A DNA stretch of 64,000 bases from Candidatus Harrisonbacteria bacterium CG10_big_fil_rev_8_21_14_0_10_40_38 (lineage in GTDB: Bacteria > Patescibacteriota > Minisyncoccia > UBA6257 > 1-14-0-10-40-38). Shown piece after piece: positions 9,076-19,687 of the stretch (the stretch's first letter is position 1; each line of letters starts with the position of its first letter). Position numbers and translations under genes: made by a program. The notes under the pieces are model-generated. The model saw only the letters and a program-made list of their open reading frames with translations, was not told where the DNA came from and ran no database searches. The stretch spans positions 34,739-98,738 of the forward strand of contig PFAZ01000009.1 of the NCBI GenBank assembly GCA_002773535.1, given 5' to 3'.

Positions 9076-11217
9076 ATGGCGAAGAGAAATAAAAAAGAGG
9101 AAGAAGAGGAAGAGGGCGAAGGCTTTTTATCACAAATAAAAACGGAGACAAAAAAGAGTGTAAGCGCGGTACTGCTTATTGCTGTGTCTGCTCTGCTTGT
9201 TTTGGCGAGTATCGAAAAAGCGGGTCCTGTGGGTGATGCGATTTTTTCCGGTTTTTCAAAAGTTTTTGGAATTGGATACTACTTAATACCAATTGCATGT
9301 TTTGCAGTTGGTGTTTTGTTTTTATCTACTCTTGAGAAGAGGTTTTTTTCAGCTTCGTTTATTGGAGCGGGGTCATTTATTCTTTTAGTTTTGGGACTTA
9401 TTGATATATTTGCGCCGAGTAAGGGAGGTTGGCTTGGAAATGTAGTTGGTTCGCTTGAAACTCCTTTTGGGGTGATAGCGGCGACGATTATTATAATGGC
9501 GCTTGCCCTTGCAGCATTTCTTCTTACATTTAATGTTTCTGTTAAATTGCCAAAACTATCACTCGGGAGAGAGGACGTAGTAGAAGAGGAGGAGGAAAGC
9601 GAGGAAGAGGATAATGACGAAGAAGGAGATATTGAAGAGGAAGGGGAAGAGGAGGAGGAAAGCGAGGAAGAGGATAATGACGAAGAAGGAGAGTCAGCAC
9701 TGGGGTCAATTAAAAAATTTGTAAAAGGAATGGTCAGTGGTGAGCCAGCTGAAGCGGGTCCAATAAACACTAAGAGAAAGACCTCTATAATAACTTCTGA
9801 AAATTATGTACCGCCGCCTTTTTCTCTTTTAAAATCTACAATTGAAAAGCCTACATCGGGAGACTTGAGGGCAAATGCAAATATTATAAAACGCACATTG
9901 GATAGTTTTGGTATACCGGTTGAAATGGGAGAGATATCAATCGGACCAAAAGTTACGAGATACACCTTAAAGCCAGCCGAAGGAGTAAAGCTTTCGCGAA
10001 TAACTGCTCTTAGCCAAGATCTTGCCCTGGCTCTTGCGGCACATCCGATAAGATTTGAGGCACCGATACCTGGAAAATCATTAGTTGGTGTCGAGGTACC
10101 AAATAAAGCAGCGGCTATTGTAAGACTGGGGAGCCTTATGACATATTCTGATTTTACCGATTCAAGCTCCAAGCCTCTTATGCTTCCTCTGGGAAGAGAT
10201 GTGAGCGGCGAACCGATTTTTATAAACCTTGAGAAAATGCCCCACCTTCTTATAGCTGGATCAACTGGTTCTGGAAAAAGCATCTGCATACATTCGATAA
10301 TAATGTCGCTTTTATATAAAAATTCTCCTGAGCAGTTGCAGCTTATACTAATTGATCCAAAGCGCGTTGAACTTTCTGCTTATGACGGGATTCCTCACCT
10401 TGTCTCACCGGTAATAACAGATGTTAAAAAATCAGTTGGTGTTTTTAGGTGGACTATCTCTGAAATGGATAGAAGATATGACTTGCTTCTTAAAGCCGGC
10501 TCGAGAGATATACGCAGTTATAATGCAGCGCATAAAGACGAGCCCATCCCCTACCTTGTCATGGTGATTGATGAGCTCGCTGATTTGATGGCGAGATATG
10601 GCCGTGAAGTTGAGGGATCTATTGTGAGATTGGCGCAGATGGCAAGAGCGACGGGAATACATCTGATACTCTCAACACAAAGACCGTCGGTTGAGGTAAT
10701 CACCGGTCTTATAAAGGCGAACATAACTGCGAGAATTGCTCTTCAGGTTGCGAGTCAGATTGATTCGAGGACTATCCTTGATACTTCCGGGGCTGAGAAA
10801 CTTTTGGGCGGAGGCGACCTTCTTTTCATTTCGTCTGATTACAGCAAACCAAAGAGAGTTCAGGGCGCTTATATTTCAGAAGAAGAAATAAAATCCGTAA
10901 CTGATTTTATTGTCGAGAATAATCCGACACAAAGAGAGGAATCAATTGATGGAGAAATAGAGGAAGCAACAGAAGATTCTTCACCTGATATTTTTAGCGA
11001 CTTTGAGGACAGCGATGATGGTGATGAGCTTTACAATGAAGCTGTGTCTGTAGTGAGAGAAGCACAAAAGGCATCTGCATCTTTTCTACAACGAAGACTA
11101 AAGGTTGGATATGCAAGAGCTGCGCGACTTTTGGACTTAATGGAAGAGAAGGGCGTTATAGGCCCTGGCGAAGGAGCGAAGCCAAGAGAGGTATTTATTG
11201 ATCAGGAAGAACAATAG
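9076..11217 (+). CDS. ftsK: DNA translocase FtsK/SpoIIIE
   Basis: N-terminal TMs, PHLLIAGSTGSGKS, IDELADLM, STQRPSV, gamma domain LQRRLKVGYARAAR. Confidence 0.95.
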   Translation: MAKRNKKEEEEEEGEGFLSQIKTETKKSVSAVLLIAVSALLVLASIEKAGPVGDAIFSGFSKVFGIGYYLIPIACFAVGVLFLSTLEKRFFSASFIGAGSFILLVLGLIDIFAPSKGGWLGNVVGSLETPFGVIAATIIIMALALAAFLLTFNVSVKLPKLSLGREDVVEEEEESEEEDNDEEGDIEEEGEEEEESEEEDNDEEGESALGSIKKFVKGMVSGEPAEAGPINTKRKTSIITSENYVPPPFSLLKSTIEKPTSGDLRANANIIKRTLDSFGIPVEMGEISIGPKVTRYTLKPAEGVKLSRITALSQDLALALAAHPIRFEAPIPGKSLVGVEVPNKAAAIVRLGSLMTYSDFTDSSSKPLMLPLGRDVSGEPIFINLEKMPHLLIAGSTGSGKSICIHSIIMSLLYKNSPEQLQLILIDPKRVELSAYDGIPHLVSPVITDVKKSVGVFRWTISEMDRRYDLLLKAGSRDIRSYNAAHKDEPIPYLVMVIDELADLMARYGREVEGSIVRLAQMARATGIHLILSTQRPSVEVITGLIKANITARIALQVASQIDSRTILDTSGAEKLLGGGDLLFISSDYSKPKRVQGAYISEEEIKSVTDFIVENNPTQREESIDGEIEEATEDSSPDIFSDFEDSDDGDELYNEAVSVVREAQKASASFLQRRLKVGYARAARLLDLMEEKGVIGPGEGAKPREVFIDQEEQ
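9583..9692 (+). repeat. 47-bp direct repeat (period 63 bp) in the acidic FtsK linker
   Basis: GAAGAGGAGGAGGAAAGCGAGGAAGAGGATAATGACGAAGAAGGAGA at 9583-9629 and 9646-9692. Confidence 0.85.
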
Positions 11218-11253
11218 TTGCAAAAAACCTTTATTTGACTTACGCTGGGAGCC

Positions 11254-11883
11254 GTGGACACCCTTTTTTTAAAAGACACGCTTAATCAAAGTCTTGAGGC
11301 AAAAGGCCTTACTGTTGAAAAAATTCAGCAACAAACAGGCATAGCCGAGCGTTATGTTGTTGCCTTTTTTGAAGGCAAAAAAGAAGAATTACCACCACTT
11401 CCCTATGTTCGTGGTTATCTTTTTAAAATTGCTTCTGCGCTTGACCTAGATGGTCAAGAATTGTGGAAAAATCACAGCGAAGAATTAACTGTGATGAGAT
11501 CTGGGGCCTTAGATAAGTTGCCCTCGAATAGATATGCGCTTAAAAATGTGAATAAGACATGGTTTGTCGTGGCTGCGCTCGGAGCATTGGTTGTTTTATA
11601 CCTCGTTTTAAATATGAGTAAATTTCTGGGAAAACCCGAGATTTCGATATTAAATCCTGCAGCTGAGACGCTTGTAACGACAACAGGAACAATTACTCTA
11701 TCCGGCAAGATAAGCGCCAATGATTCTTTAACTATTGGCGGAGAGGATGTTTTTGTTGATCAAAATGGTGATTTTTCGACTTCCTATACTCTAGAACCTG
11801 GGCTTAACCGTATAGAATTTACAGTGAAGAGACTTCTGGGAAGTAGGGTTAGTATTGTAAGACAGATAATTTATCAGCCGTAG
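11254..11883 (+). CDS. RodZ-like HTH protein with TM and Ig-like C-terminus
   Basis: HTH followed by LPPLPYVRGYL, one TM, C-terminal LEPGLNRIEF beta domain; lies downstream of ftsK. Confidence 0.75.
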   Translation: MDTLFLKDTLNQSLEAKGLTVEKIQQQTGIAERYVVAFFEGKKEELPPLPYVRGYLFKIASALDLDGQELWKNHSEELTVMRSGALDKLPSNRYALKNVNKTWFVVAALGALVVLYLVLNMSKFLGKPEISILNPAAETLVTTTGTITLSGKISANDSLTIGGEDVFVDQNGDFSTSYTLEPGLNRIEFTVKRLLGSRVSIVRQIIYQP

Positions 11884-11922
11884 CGGCTTTTGCCAAATTT
11901 AATACCCTGCTATTATTGTGAT

Positions 11923-12942
11923 ATGACAGCTAAAAAAACAGCAAAAACCACCGAAGTGAAGACCGAACATAAAGACATTGATTCACTTTTGGAAGAGCTT
12001 CAGGGTAAATATGGCGAAGGCGCGATAATGAAACTGGGGGCGGATATGAAGGTTAATGTGGATGTTATCCCAACCGGCTCCTTTTCTCTTGATATTGCGC
12101 TTGGCGTCGGGGGGTTACCAAAGGGAAGAATCGTTGAAATATTTGGACCAGAGAGCTCTGGAAAAACGACCCTTGCGCTGAATGTTGTTGCGCAAGCTCA
12201 AAAACAAGGAGGTAGAGCTGCGTACATAGACGCTGAACACGCGCTTGACCCTGAATATGCATCGAAATTAGGAGTTAAAATAAAAGATCTTTTGATTTCT
12301 CAGCCCGATAATGGAGAAGAAGCGTTGAACATACTAGAGAGTTTGGTGAGGTCTGGAATGATTGATGTTGTCGTTGTTGATTCTGTAGCGGCGCTTACCC
12401 CGAGAGCGGAAATAGAGGGAGAGATGGGAGCACAGTTTATAGGTCTTCAGGCGAGACTCATGAGTCAAGCCCTAAGGAAACTTACAGCAATTGCATCGAG
12501 AAGTAATACGCTGATTATTTTTATAAACCAAATCAGGATGCAGATTGGAATAATGTTCGGAAACCCTGAAACAACACCTGGTGGAAGAGCATTAAAATTT
12601 TATTCATCAGTAAGGATTGATATAAGGAGAATTGCTCAAATTAAAAAAGGGGAAGATGTTGTAGGAAACAGAGTTAAGGCAAAAGTTGTTAAGAATAAGG
12701 TGGCGGCACCGTTTAAAATATCTGAATTTGATATCACATATGGTGAAGGAATTTCGTATGTTGGAGATATTGTAAATACTGCGCTTAAGTACGGCATTGT
12801 AACAAAGACAGCATCTACCTATTCGTTTGAAGGGCAAAAGCTTGGGGTCGGCATTGAGAATGTTAAGTCGAAGCTAGCCGAAGAAGCCAAGCTTTTGGAG
12901 GATATTAGAAAGAAAACTCATACAGCCGCACATACACGTTGA
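11923..12942 (+). CDS. recA: Recombinase RecA
   Basis: [30 protein letters not shown]. Confidence 0.98.
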   Translation: MTAKKTAKTTEVKTEHKDIDSLLEELQGKYGEGAIMKLGADMKVNVDVIPTGSFSLDIALGVGGLPKGRIVEIFGPESSGKTTLALNVVAQAQKQGGRAAYIDAEHALDPEYASKLGVKIKDLLISQPDNGEEALNILESLVRSGMIDVVVVDSVAALTPRAEIEGEMGAQFIGLQARLMSQALRKLTAIASRSNTLIIFINQIRMQIGIMFGNPETTPGGRALKFYSSVRIDIRRIAQIKKGEDVVGNRVKAKVVKNKVAAPFKISEFDITYGEGISYVGDIVNTALKYGIVTKTASTYSFEGQKLGVGIENVKSKLAEEAKLLEDIRKKTHTAAHTR

Positions 12943-13029
12943 CAGACCCGATGAATTTGTTATTATTGGAGTTAATGGGTCGCTCTTTCAGGCGACCTTC
13001 AGTTTTATCTAATCTACGCACTAAAAACA

Positions 13030-14256
13030 ATGATGGATTTAAAAAATATTAGGAGAGCTGTTGAGCAGATAGCCGATGAAAAAGGGATTGATTCGTCTAC
13101 TATTATTGAAGCAATAGAGACATCGATAGCGGCGGCTTATAAAAAAGAATATGAAAAAAGAGGTGAGGTTATTAAGGCGCAAATAGATATGAAAACAGGT
13201 GCCTTAAAATTTTGGCAGGTGAAAACGGTTGTTGATGACACCACGGTAAGAATCGTGTCGAAGGAAGACGAAGAAACAGAAGCCAGCCCAGAACAAGAAA
13301 GTGAAGGAGAATTTTTGCCAAGATATAACCCAGATCGACATATCTTATTAGACGAGACTAGGGAAATTAAAAAAGACGCCGAACTTGGAGAAGAATTAAC
13401 CTTTCCTCTTGAAACACATGAAACGTTTGGTAGAATTGCCGCGCAAACGGCAAAACAAGTTGTTCTCCAAAAGTTAAGAGAGGCTGAAAGAGAGTCTATA
13501 ATGCGTGATTTTAAAGGAAAAGAAGGAGACATAGTAAGCGGTGTGATACAGAGATTTGAAAGAGGAAATATTTATGTAGATTTAGGAAGAGCTATTGGAG
13601 TAATGTTTCAGAGTGAATCGATACCGGGTGAGCATTATAGAGCTGGTGACAGGATGAGGTTTTTTATCTTAGCGATTCAAGAAGAGAGTAGGTTGCCGGG
13701 AATTGTACTTTCAAGGGGACATCAGAAATTTGTAAGCAAACTTTTTGCATTAGAGGTACCAGAGATTACTGATGGTATAGTTCAGATAAACGCGATTGCG
13801 CGTGAGGCCGGAAGTAGATCAAAGATAGCAGTATCATCGACTATGGATGGAGTAGATCCTGTTGGCGCATGCGTTGGACAGAGAGGAACAAGGGTTATGA
13901 CGGTATCAAATGAATTGAGTCAGGAAAAAATAGATATAATCCAGTGGTCTGAAGACCCGGCAGTGTTTATTTCAAATTCATTATCCCCCGCAAAAGTAAA
14001 AGACATAGAAATACTTCCGAGACGCGAAGCAAAAGTTTTTGTTGACGATGATCAATTGTCACTTGCGATAGGTAAAGGCGGTCAAAATGTTCGCTTGGCG
14101 GCAAAATTAACCGGTTGGAAAATCGACGTAAGATCACAAGCAGAACCGGAAACCGAACAACCTGAAGGTGTTGCTGATTTAACTCAATCAGAAGAACCCT
14201 CAGAAACAAAACCTGAAGATGTAGCAGAAAACAATCAAGCCGCAGAAGGCTCCTGA
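13030..14256 (+). CDS. nusA: Transcription factor NusA
   Basis: FGRIAAQTAKQV, S1 and KH domains, SLAIGKGGQNVRLA. Confidence 0.97.
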   Translation: MMDLKNIRRAVEQIADEKGIDSSTIIEAIETSIAAAYKKEYEKRGEVIKAQIDMKTGALKFWQVKTVVDDTTVRIVSKEDEETEASPEQESEGEFLPRYNPDRHILLDETREIKKDAELGEELTFPLETHETFGRIAAQTAKQVVLQKLREAERESIMRDFKGKEGDIVSGVIQRFERGNIYVDLGRAIGVMFQSESIPGEHYRAGDRMRFFILAIQEESRLPGIVLSRGHQKFVSKLFALEVPEITDGIVQINAIAREAGSRSKIAVSSTMDGVDPVGACVGQRGTRVMTVSNELSQEKIDIIQWSEDPAVFISNSLSPAKVKDIEILPRREAKVFVDDDQLSLAIGKGGQNVRLAAKLTGWKIDVRSQAEPETEQPEGVADLTQSEEPSETKPEDVAENNQAAEGS

Positions 14257-14316
14257 TTTGTTCTTCTGCGATATTATTAACTTGGTCGCTAAAAAAGATT
14301 TATTAATTTGAGTCGT

Positions 14317-16323
14317 ATGTTTTACTACCTTATTTTTGCTCCGATTGTTTTTGCGATTCTCTATAGTGTTTACGTGATTTTCTGGCTTAAAAAACAGGAA
14401 AGCGGAGATGCTGAGATGGAATCAATCTCAAAAGCGATCCAGGAAGGTTCGTCCGCGTACCTTACTCGTCAATATCGAACTGTTGGCGCAGTAGCACTTG
14501 TTCTTTTTGTTTTAATTTATTTAACCCTAGATATAACCTCTGCAATCGGTTTTCTGGTTGGAGCGGCGGCTTCTGCTCTTGCGGGATATGTCGGCATGAC
14601 AATAGCTGTAAGAGCAAATTCAAAGACTGCAAAGATGGCGTCGAAAGGTCTTGCACCAGCTTTGAATATTGCTTTTAAGGCGGGGTCTGTTACCGGCTTT
14701 CTGGTTGTGGCGTTAGGTCTTCTATCAGTAGCGGGTTTTTACTTTGCAACACACAGTGATGTGCGAGCTCTGATCGGCCTTAGCTTTGGGGCAAGTCTTA
14801 TTTCGGTATTTGCGAGACTTGGTGGAGGAATTTACACAAAGGCAGCCGACGTAGGAACTGATTTAGTTGGAAAAGTTGAGGCAAACATTCCTGAAGATGA
14901 CCCAAGAAATCCGGGTGTTATCGCAGACAACGTTGGAGACAATGTTGGAGACTGTGCTGGTATGGCGGCGGATTTATTTGAGACATATGCAGTAACTCTT
15001 ACTGCGGCGATGCTTTTGACTTCAGCAGCGGTAAAAGGGGGATATATTGGAGAAAACGCATTACTTCTTCCTCTGGTTTTGGGAGGACTTGCGATTATCG
15101 CCTCTTTAATAGGAGTTGTTTTTGTGAGGCTTGGAAAAAAGAAAAATATAATGGGCGCTCTATATAAGGGACTCATTGCATCTGTTGCGGCTTCGGCAAT
15201 TTTGTTTTACTGGGGAATTAGAAACCTAAACCTCGAAGGTGGTTATCGCCTTTTCTGGGCTTCGATAGTTGGTCTTGTTGTGACAATACTTATGGTTGTT
15301 GCGACTGACTACTACACATCAAAGAAATATAGACCTGTAAAATCTATTGCGAAAGCTTCGGAGTCTGGTCACGGGACAAATATTATAATGGGTCTCGCTG
15401 TAAGCCAGGAAGCGACTTTGATACCAACACTTATTATCGCAGTTGGGATTCTTGCAAGTTATATGATTGCCGGATTACTTGGGATATCCGTTGCTGCAGT
15501 GGCAATGCTTTCAGTGGCAGGAATTATTGTGGCTATTGATTCGTTTGGTCCGATAACAGATAATGCAGGAGGAATAGCAGAGATGTCTAATGCTCCGGAG
15601 GAAGTGCGATCAATAACTGATTCACTTGATTCTGTTGGAAACACAACGAAAGCTGTTACAAAAGGTTATGCCATTGCATCGGCCGGGCTTGCAGCTCTTG
15701 TGTTGTTTGCCGGGTACGCGGAAGAACTATTTGTTCATCGAAGTAGCTCGGAGACATTTTCCGGATTTATTTCCTTTGACCTTCAAGATCCGAGAGTTTT
15801 GATTGGGCTCTTTCTCGGAGGCGCTATCCCCTACTTCTTCTCATCATTTGCTATGAGGGCTGTTGGCAAGGCGGCTGGAGCGGTTGTTGAAGAAGTTCGA
15901 AGGCAATTTAGAGAGATTCCGGGTATTCTTGATCGAACAGCAAAACCCGACTACGGAAGAGCAGTTGATATTGTAACCAAGGCGGCGCTTAAGAAAATGA
16001 TTCTGCCTGCGATTATTCCTATTGTTTCGGTTTTGTTTGTGGGATTAATACTTGGCGCAGAAGCGCTTGGAGGATTTCTTATTGGCTCGATTATTTCCGG
16101 ACTTTTCATAGCGCTATCTATGACAACCGGAGGAGCCGCGTGGGACAACGCAAAGAAATATATTGAAGACGGACATTTTGGAGGAAAAGGATCTGAAGCT
16201 CATAAAGCTGCAGTTACAGGAGACACTGTTGGTGATCCTTACAAGGACACTGCGGGGCCTGCCATTAACCCTCTAATTAAAGTAATCAATATTGTTGCAC
16301 TACTCATTGTTCCATTCTTGTAG
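14317..16323 (+). CDS. hppA: Membrane-bound pyrophosphatase, K+-independent H+-pumping type
   Basis: [36 protein letters not shown]; GNTTKA has the Lys that marks K+-independent enzymes. Confidence 0.95.
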   Translation: MFYYLIFAPIVFAILYSVYVIFWLKKQESGDAEMESISKAIQEGSSAYLTRQYRTVGAVALVLFVLIYLTLDITSAIGFLVGAAASALAGYVGMTIAVRANSKTAKMASKGLAPALNIAFKAGSVTGFLVVALGLLSVAGFYFATHSDVRALIGLSFGASLISVFARLGGGIYTKAADVGTDLVGKVEANIPEDDPRNPGVIADNVGDNVGDCAGMAADLFETYAVTLTAAMLLTSAAVKGGYIGENALLLPLVLGGLAIIASLIGVVFVRLGKKKNIMGALYKGLIASVAASAILFYWGIRNLNLEGGYRLFWASIVGLVVTILMVVATDYYTSKKYRPVKSIAKASESGHGTNIIMGLAVSQEATLIPTLIIAVGILASYMIAGLLGISVAAVAMLSVAGIIVAIDSFGPITDNAGGIAEMSNAPEEVRSITDSLDSVGNTTKAVTKGYAIASAGLAALVLFAGYAEELFVHRSSSETFSGFISFDLQDPRVLIGLFLGGAIPYFFSSFAMRAVGKAAGAVVEEVRRQFREIPGILDRTAKPDYGRAVDIVTKAALKKMILPAIIPIVSVLFVGLILGAEALGGFLIGSIISGLFIALSMTTGGAAWDNAKKYIEDGHFGGKGSEAHKAAVTGDTVGDPYKDTAGPAINPLIKVINIVALLIVPFL

Positions 16324-16344
16324 AAAACAAATTCTTGTAATAAT

Positions 16345-16376
16345 AAATCCCCTTCACTTGTGAAAGGGGATTTTTT
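16345..16376 (+). terminator. Intrinsic terminator after hppA
   Basis: AAATCCCCTT...AAGGGGATTT followed by a T run. Confidence 0.75.
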
Positions 16377-16427
16377 ATTAGTTTTTTCGTGCTTGAAAGG
16401 AAGATAATTTTTGTATAGTATTTATTT

Positions 16428-16645
16428 GTGATTCCCAAACGGTGGGAATGTGCGCCCGTTCTTTTACCGGCTTCCCAAGAAAGGGGAACCAAAGATATGA
16501 ATGTGAGAAGGAACCTCAAGTCGGCGATGCCGAACACGTCAAACGACGGCCCGACGGCGAGCTAGAACCTTTGTTATAGGCTTGAACTCGTCAAATGCGC
16601 ACAACCTCGCTTCCAGAAAACTTCTGGAGCGGGGCTTCTTTTTTT
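16428..16645 (+). ncRNA. Candidate structured ncRNA of about 215 nt (family unassigned; 6S-like size)
   Basis: TTGAAA-17-TAGTAT promoter (16393-16421), closing stem TGTGCGC/GCGCACA, internal stems, terminator hairpin and U tract (16605-16645). Confidence 0.55.
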
Positions 16646-16674
16646 ATTTAGGTTAATTTGATACTCTTTCTTGT

Positions 16675-17430
16675 ATGATAATCCACTTATACGGAACTGA
16701 TTCTTATAGAATAAAAGAAAAAACTGATGATATTATATCGGAATTTATTAAAAGATATCCAAACTCTTTTCCGAATAAATATTCTTTTTCTGATAAAAAT
16801 TCTCTGGATCTTTTGAAAACTTTTGTTGAATCGCAGTCACTTTTTAATGAGTCACGAATAGCTGTTTTTGATTCCGGAGAGGAGGCGCCTAAAGAAGTGG
16901 CTCCGATTTTAAAATCTATTTTAGTCAATAAGGCGAGGGTTTTGATTTTGATTTCGCAGAAGAAAATGGTTTCACCATTTACTTTTCTTTACCGTGATCC
17001 TGTTGTGTCTCAAACATTTAAACCGCTTTCTGGGGCTGAGCTTTTGGCTTTTGTATCAAAGACGGCAAAACAGAGAGGCGTTGCTCTTACGCCTTCTGCG
17101 CAACGAGATATTGCAGAGTCTTATTTGGGAGACAGTTGGGGTATTGCAACAGAGCTAGATAAGATTGCCTTGGGTGGAAAATTTTCCAAAAAAAATATTT
17201 TAGGAGATTTTTTTCCTCTTGTACAAACCGTGGCGGGAGGACAAGATTCGTTAAATAGAGTTAGGGCTTTGACTCTACTACTAGCAGATGACGATCCTGC
17301 GAAAATATTTAATATAACAGCTGTTTTAGTTAGAGCGCCTTTTAAGCCAAGAATGGCTGATTATGATGTAGCAATAAAATCAGGAAAGCTTGAGTATGCA
17401 GAGACTCTCCTTGATTTCGTTCTTTCGTAA
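16675..17430 (+). CDS. holA: DNA polymerase III delta subunit (short form)
   Basis: MIIHLYGTDSY start, SQSLF, ELDKIAL; adjacent to rpsT as in many bacteria. Confidence 0.8.
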   Translation: MIIHLYGTDSYRIKEKTDDIISEFIKRYPNSFPNKYSFSDKNSLDLLKTFVESQSLFNESRIAVFDSGEEAPKEVAPILKSILVNKARVLILISQKKMVSPFTFLYRDPVVSQTFKPLSGAELLAFVSKTAKQRGVALTPSAQRDIAESYLGDSWGIATELDKIALGGKFSKKNILGDFFPLVQTVAGGQDSLNRVRALTLLLADDDPAKIFNITAVLVRAPFKPRMADYDVAIKSGKLEYAETLLDFVLS

Positions 17431-17437
17431 AAAAGAA

Positions 17438-17677
17438 TTATTTTTTTGCGCCTAGTTTTGCGAGGCCAGATTTAAGCCTTGCGGCTTTATTGCGAGTTAA
17501 AATATTCGCTTTAGCTGCTTTGTCGATTTTTTTGTAAGCAGAGGATAAAAGCTCCTTGTTTGGAGATTTTTTGTAATTTTTTACCGTTTCCTTAATGACT
17601 CTCATTTTGGCGAGGTTCGCACTTCGCCTTCGCTTATTCTGCCTAAGAGCCTTTTTTGCCGATGTTGTTTGTGGCAT
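17438..17677 (-). CDS. rpsT: 30S ribosomal protein S20
   Basis: SAKKALRQ...IDKAAK...NKAARLKS. Confidence 0.95.
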   Translation of the reverse strand: MPQTTSAKKALRQNKRRRSANLAKMRVIKETVKNYKKSPNKELLSSAYKKIDKAAKANILTRNKAARLKSGLAKLGAKK

Positions 17678-17769
17678 ATATGTGCCATATACACTAACCT
17701 ATTTGCCTTTTCTTTGCAAGACCCCCGATGGGTTTGCCTTTTTTATTTTTACCCTGCTATCATTAGCAT

Positions 17770-18108
17770 ATGTTTGACGATAAACAAATCAGCTTTTATA
17801 AGGAAAGACTAGAGTCAAAAATGAAGGATTTAAAGGAGCAGATTGAATCCCTAAAAACCGTTCCCGACTTTGGAAGCGATGTTGACCATTTTGAAGAGGA
17901 AGCAGAAGAGGCAGAGGCTTTTAGCGGAAACCTTGGGGTCTCAAGCGCCTTAAATGAAAGACTTCTAAACATACAACGCGCTCTTGATAAAATTGATGCC
18001 GGCACATATGGAAAGTGTGAGGAGTGCGGAGGCGAAATAGAAAAAGAGGTGCTTGATGTTGATCCGGAATCAAGACTTTGCAGGGAGTGTAAATTAAAAG
18101 CGAATTAG
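17770..18108 (+). CDS. DksA/TraR C4 zinc-finger protein
   Basis: ALDKIDAGTYGKCEECG...LCRECK. Confidence 0.88.
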   Translation: MFDDKQISFYKERLESKMKDLKEQIESLKTVPDFGSDVDHFEEEAEEAEAFSGNLGVSSALNERLLNIQRALDKIDAGTYGKCEECGGEIEKEVLDVDPESRLCRECKLKAN

Positions 18109-18120
18109 TAAATTTAAAAA

Positions 18121-19668
18121 ATGCCTTCAAGTAAGACTGCCAAAGTTTTTTCTGCGGAGCTTGAGGGAATAGAATCTAAACTTATCGAAGTGGAGACCGA
18201 TATAAATGTCGGTCTTCATTCTTTTACGATTGTAGGATTGGCTGATAAGGCATTGTCGGAAGCAAAAGAGAGAGTTAACTCTGCCTTAAAAAATATCGGC
18301 GTTAAACCGCCATCAAAAGAAAACAGACGGATTGTAGTAAATCTTGCGCCTGCAGATTTTAAAAAAACCGGATCTCATTATGACCTACCGATAGCTGTTG
18401 GGTATCTTCTTGCAACCGGACAGATGCTTTCGGAAAATATGGATGATGCGATATTTGTCGGAGAGCTTGCTCTAGATGGAAGACTTCGTCCTGTAAATGG
18501 AGTGCTTAGCATTGCTGGGCTCGCAAAAAAATTATCAAAGACTCTTTATGTGCCACAAGAAAATGCATCCGAGGCCTCTATAGTTTCGGGAATTACTGTT
18601 GTACCTATTCCAGATTTAAAATCTCTTATTGATCACGTTGAAAGAAGAGATAAAATACAACCGCACCCTCACACAGTTCCTTCTTTTCCTGAGTCGAGTT
18701 TAGATATTGATATTTCAGAAATCAAAGGACAAGAACATGCTAAGCGCGCTTTGATTATCGCAGCGTCGGGTGGACACAATTTACTCATGGTCGGACCGCC
18801 GGGAACTGGTAAATCAATGTTAGCGCAGGCTCTTATCTCGATACTGCCGCCGCTTTCACACGAAGAGATAATAGAGACAACAAAAATTTATAGCGCGGCT
18901 GGTCTTTTAGGCGGACAGCCATTTATTGGCAGAAGACCATTTAGAACACCTCATCAATCAGCCTCTCTCCCTGCAGTTGTTGGCGGTGGCCAATCTCCAA
19001 AACCTGGAGAAGTGAGTCTTGCTCATAGAGGAATATTGTTTTTAGATGAATTGCCTGAATTTAGACGTGATGTGCTTGAGGCATTGAGACAACCCATTGA
19101 AAATGGCAGAGCCAATATATCGAGAGTTAAGGGCACTCTTTCGTTGCCTGCAAAATTTACTTTAATAGCCGCTATGAACCCTTGCCCATGTGGTTACTGG
19201 GGAGATCCTGATACAGAATGTAATTGCGCCGCAACAGATATAACCAGATACCAAAGAAGACTTTCTGGTCCTCTGCTCGATAGAATAGATTTACAAATTC
19301 ATGTTCCGCGCGTGCCGCTTGAGAAACTTCGCTCAATAAATATTAATCCCCAAGAATCACATGTTTTTAAATCGAGTGTGATTAGCGCAAGAAAAAGACA
19401 ATCTGAAAGACTTAAAAAAATTCATAAAATAACAAATGCGGAATTATCCTCAAAGGAATGTGATTCGATGATACAACTCGAAAATGGAGTTGGTGAATTC
19501 CTGACTAAAGCATCCGATAAGTTAAAACTTTCAGCGAGAGCGTATTATAGAACTCTTAAAGTAGCACAAACAATTGCTGATATAGAAAATTCTGATACGG
19601 TGTCACAAGCTCATATCGCTGAAGCCTTTAGTTATAAACTAAAAGAGCACGAATTAGGTGCTCTTTAA
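18121..19668 (+). CDS. comM: ComM/YifB Mg-chelatase-like AAA ATPase
   Basis: NLAPAD, GPPGTGKS, PFRTPH, LFLDELPEF, AMNPCPCG. Confidence 0.93.
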   Translation: MPSSKTAKVFSAELEGIESKLIEVETDINVGLHSFTIVGLADKALSEAKERVNSALKNIGVKPPSKENRRIVVNLAPADFKKTGSHYDLPIAVGYLLATGQMLSENMDDAIFVGELALDGRLRPVNGVLSIAGLAKKLSKTLYVPQENASEASIVSGITVVPIPDLKSLIDHVERRDKIQPHPHTVPSFPESSLDIDISEIKGQEHAKRALIIAASGGHNLLMVGPPGTGKSMLAQALISILPPLSHEEIIETTKIYSAAGLLGGQPFIGRRPFRTPHQSASLPAVVGGGQSPKPGEVSLAHRGILFLDELPEFRRDVLEALRQPIENGRANISRVKGTLSLPAKFTLIAAMNPCPCGYWGDPDTECNCAATDITRYQRRLSGPLLDRIDLQIHVPRVPLEKLRSININPQESHVFKSSVISARKRQSERLKKIHKITNAELSSKECDSMIQLENGVGEFLTKASDKLKLSARAYYRTLKVAQTIADIENSDTVSQAHIAEAFSYKLKEHELGAL

Positions 19669-19687
19669 GTATTTATCTTTTTTTTAT

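Noticed and set aside
16450-16460. Group II intron 5' end (GTGCGCCCG)
   Set aside because: No domain V, no RT ORF, and the region is only about 200 nt ending in a terminator.
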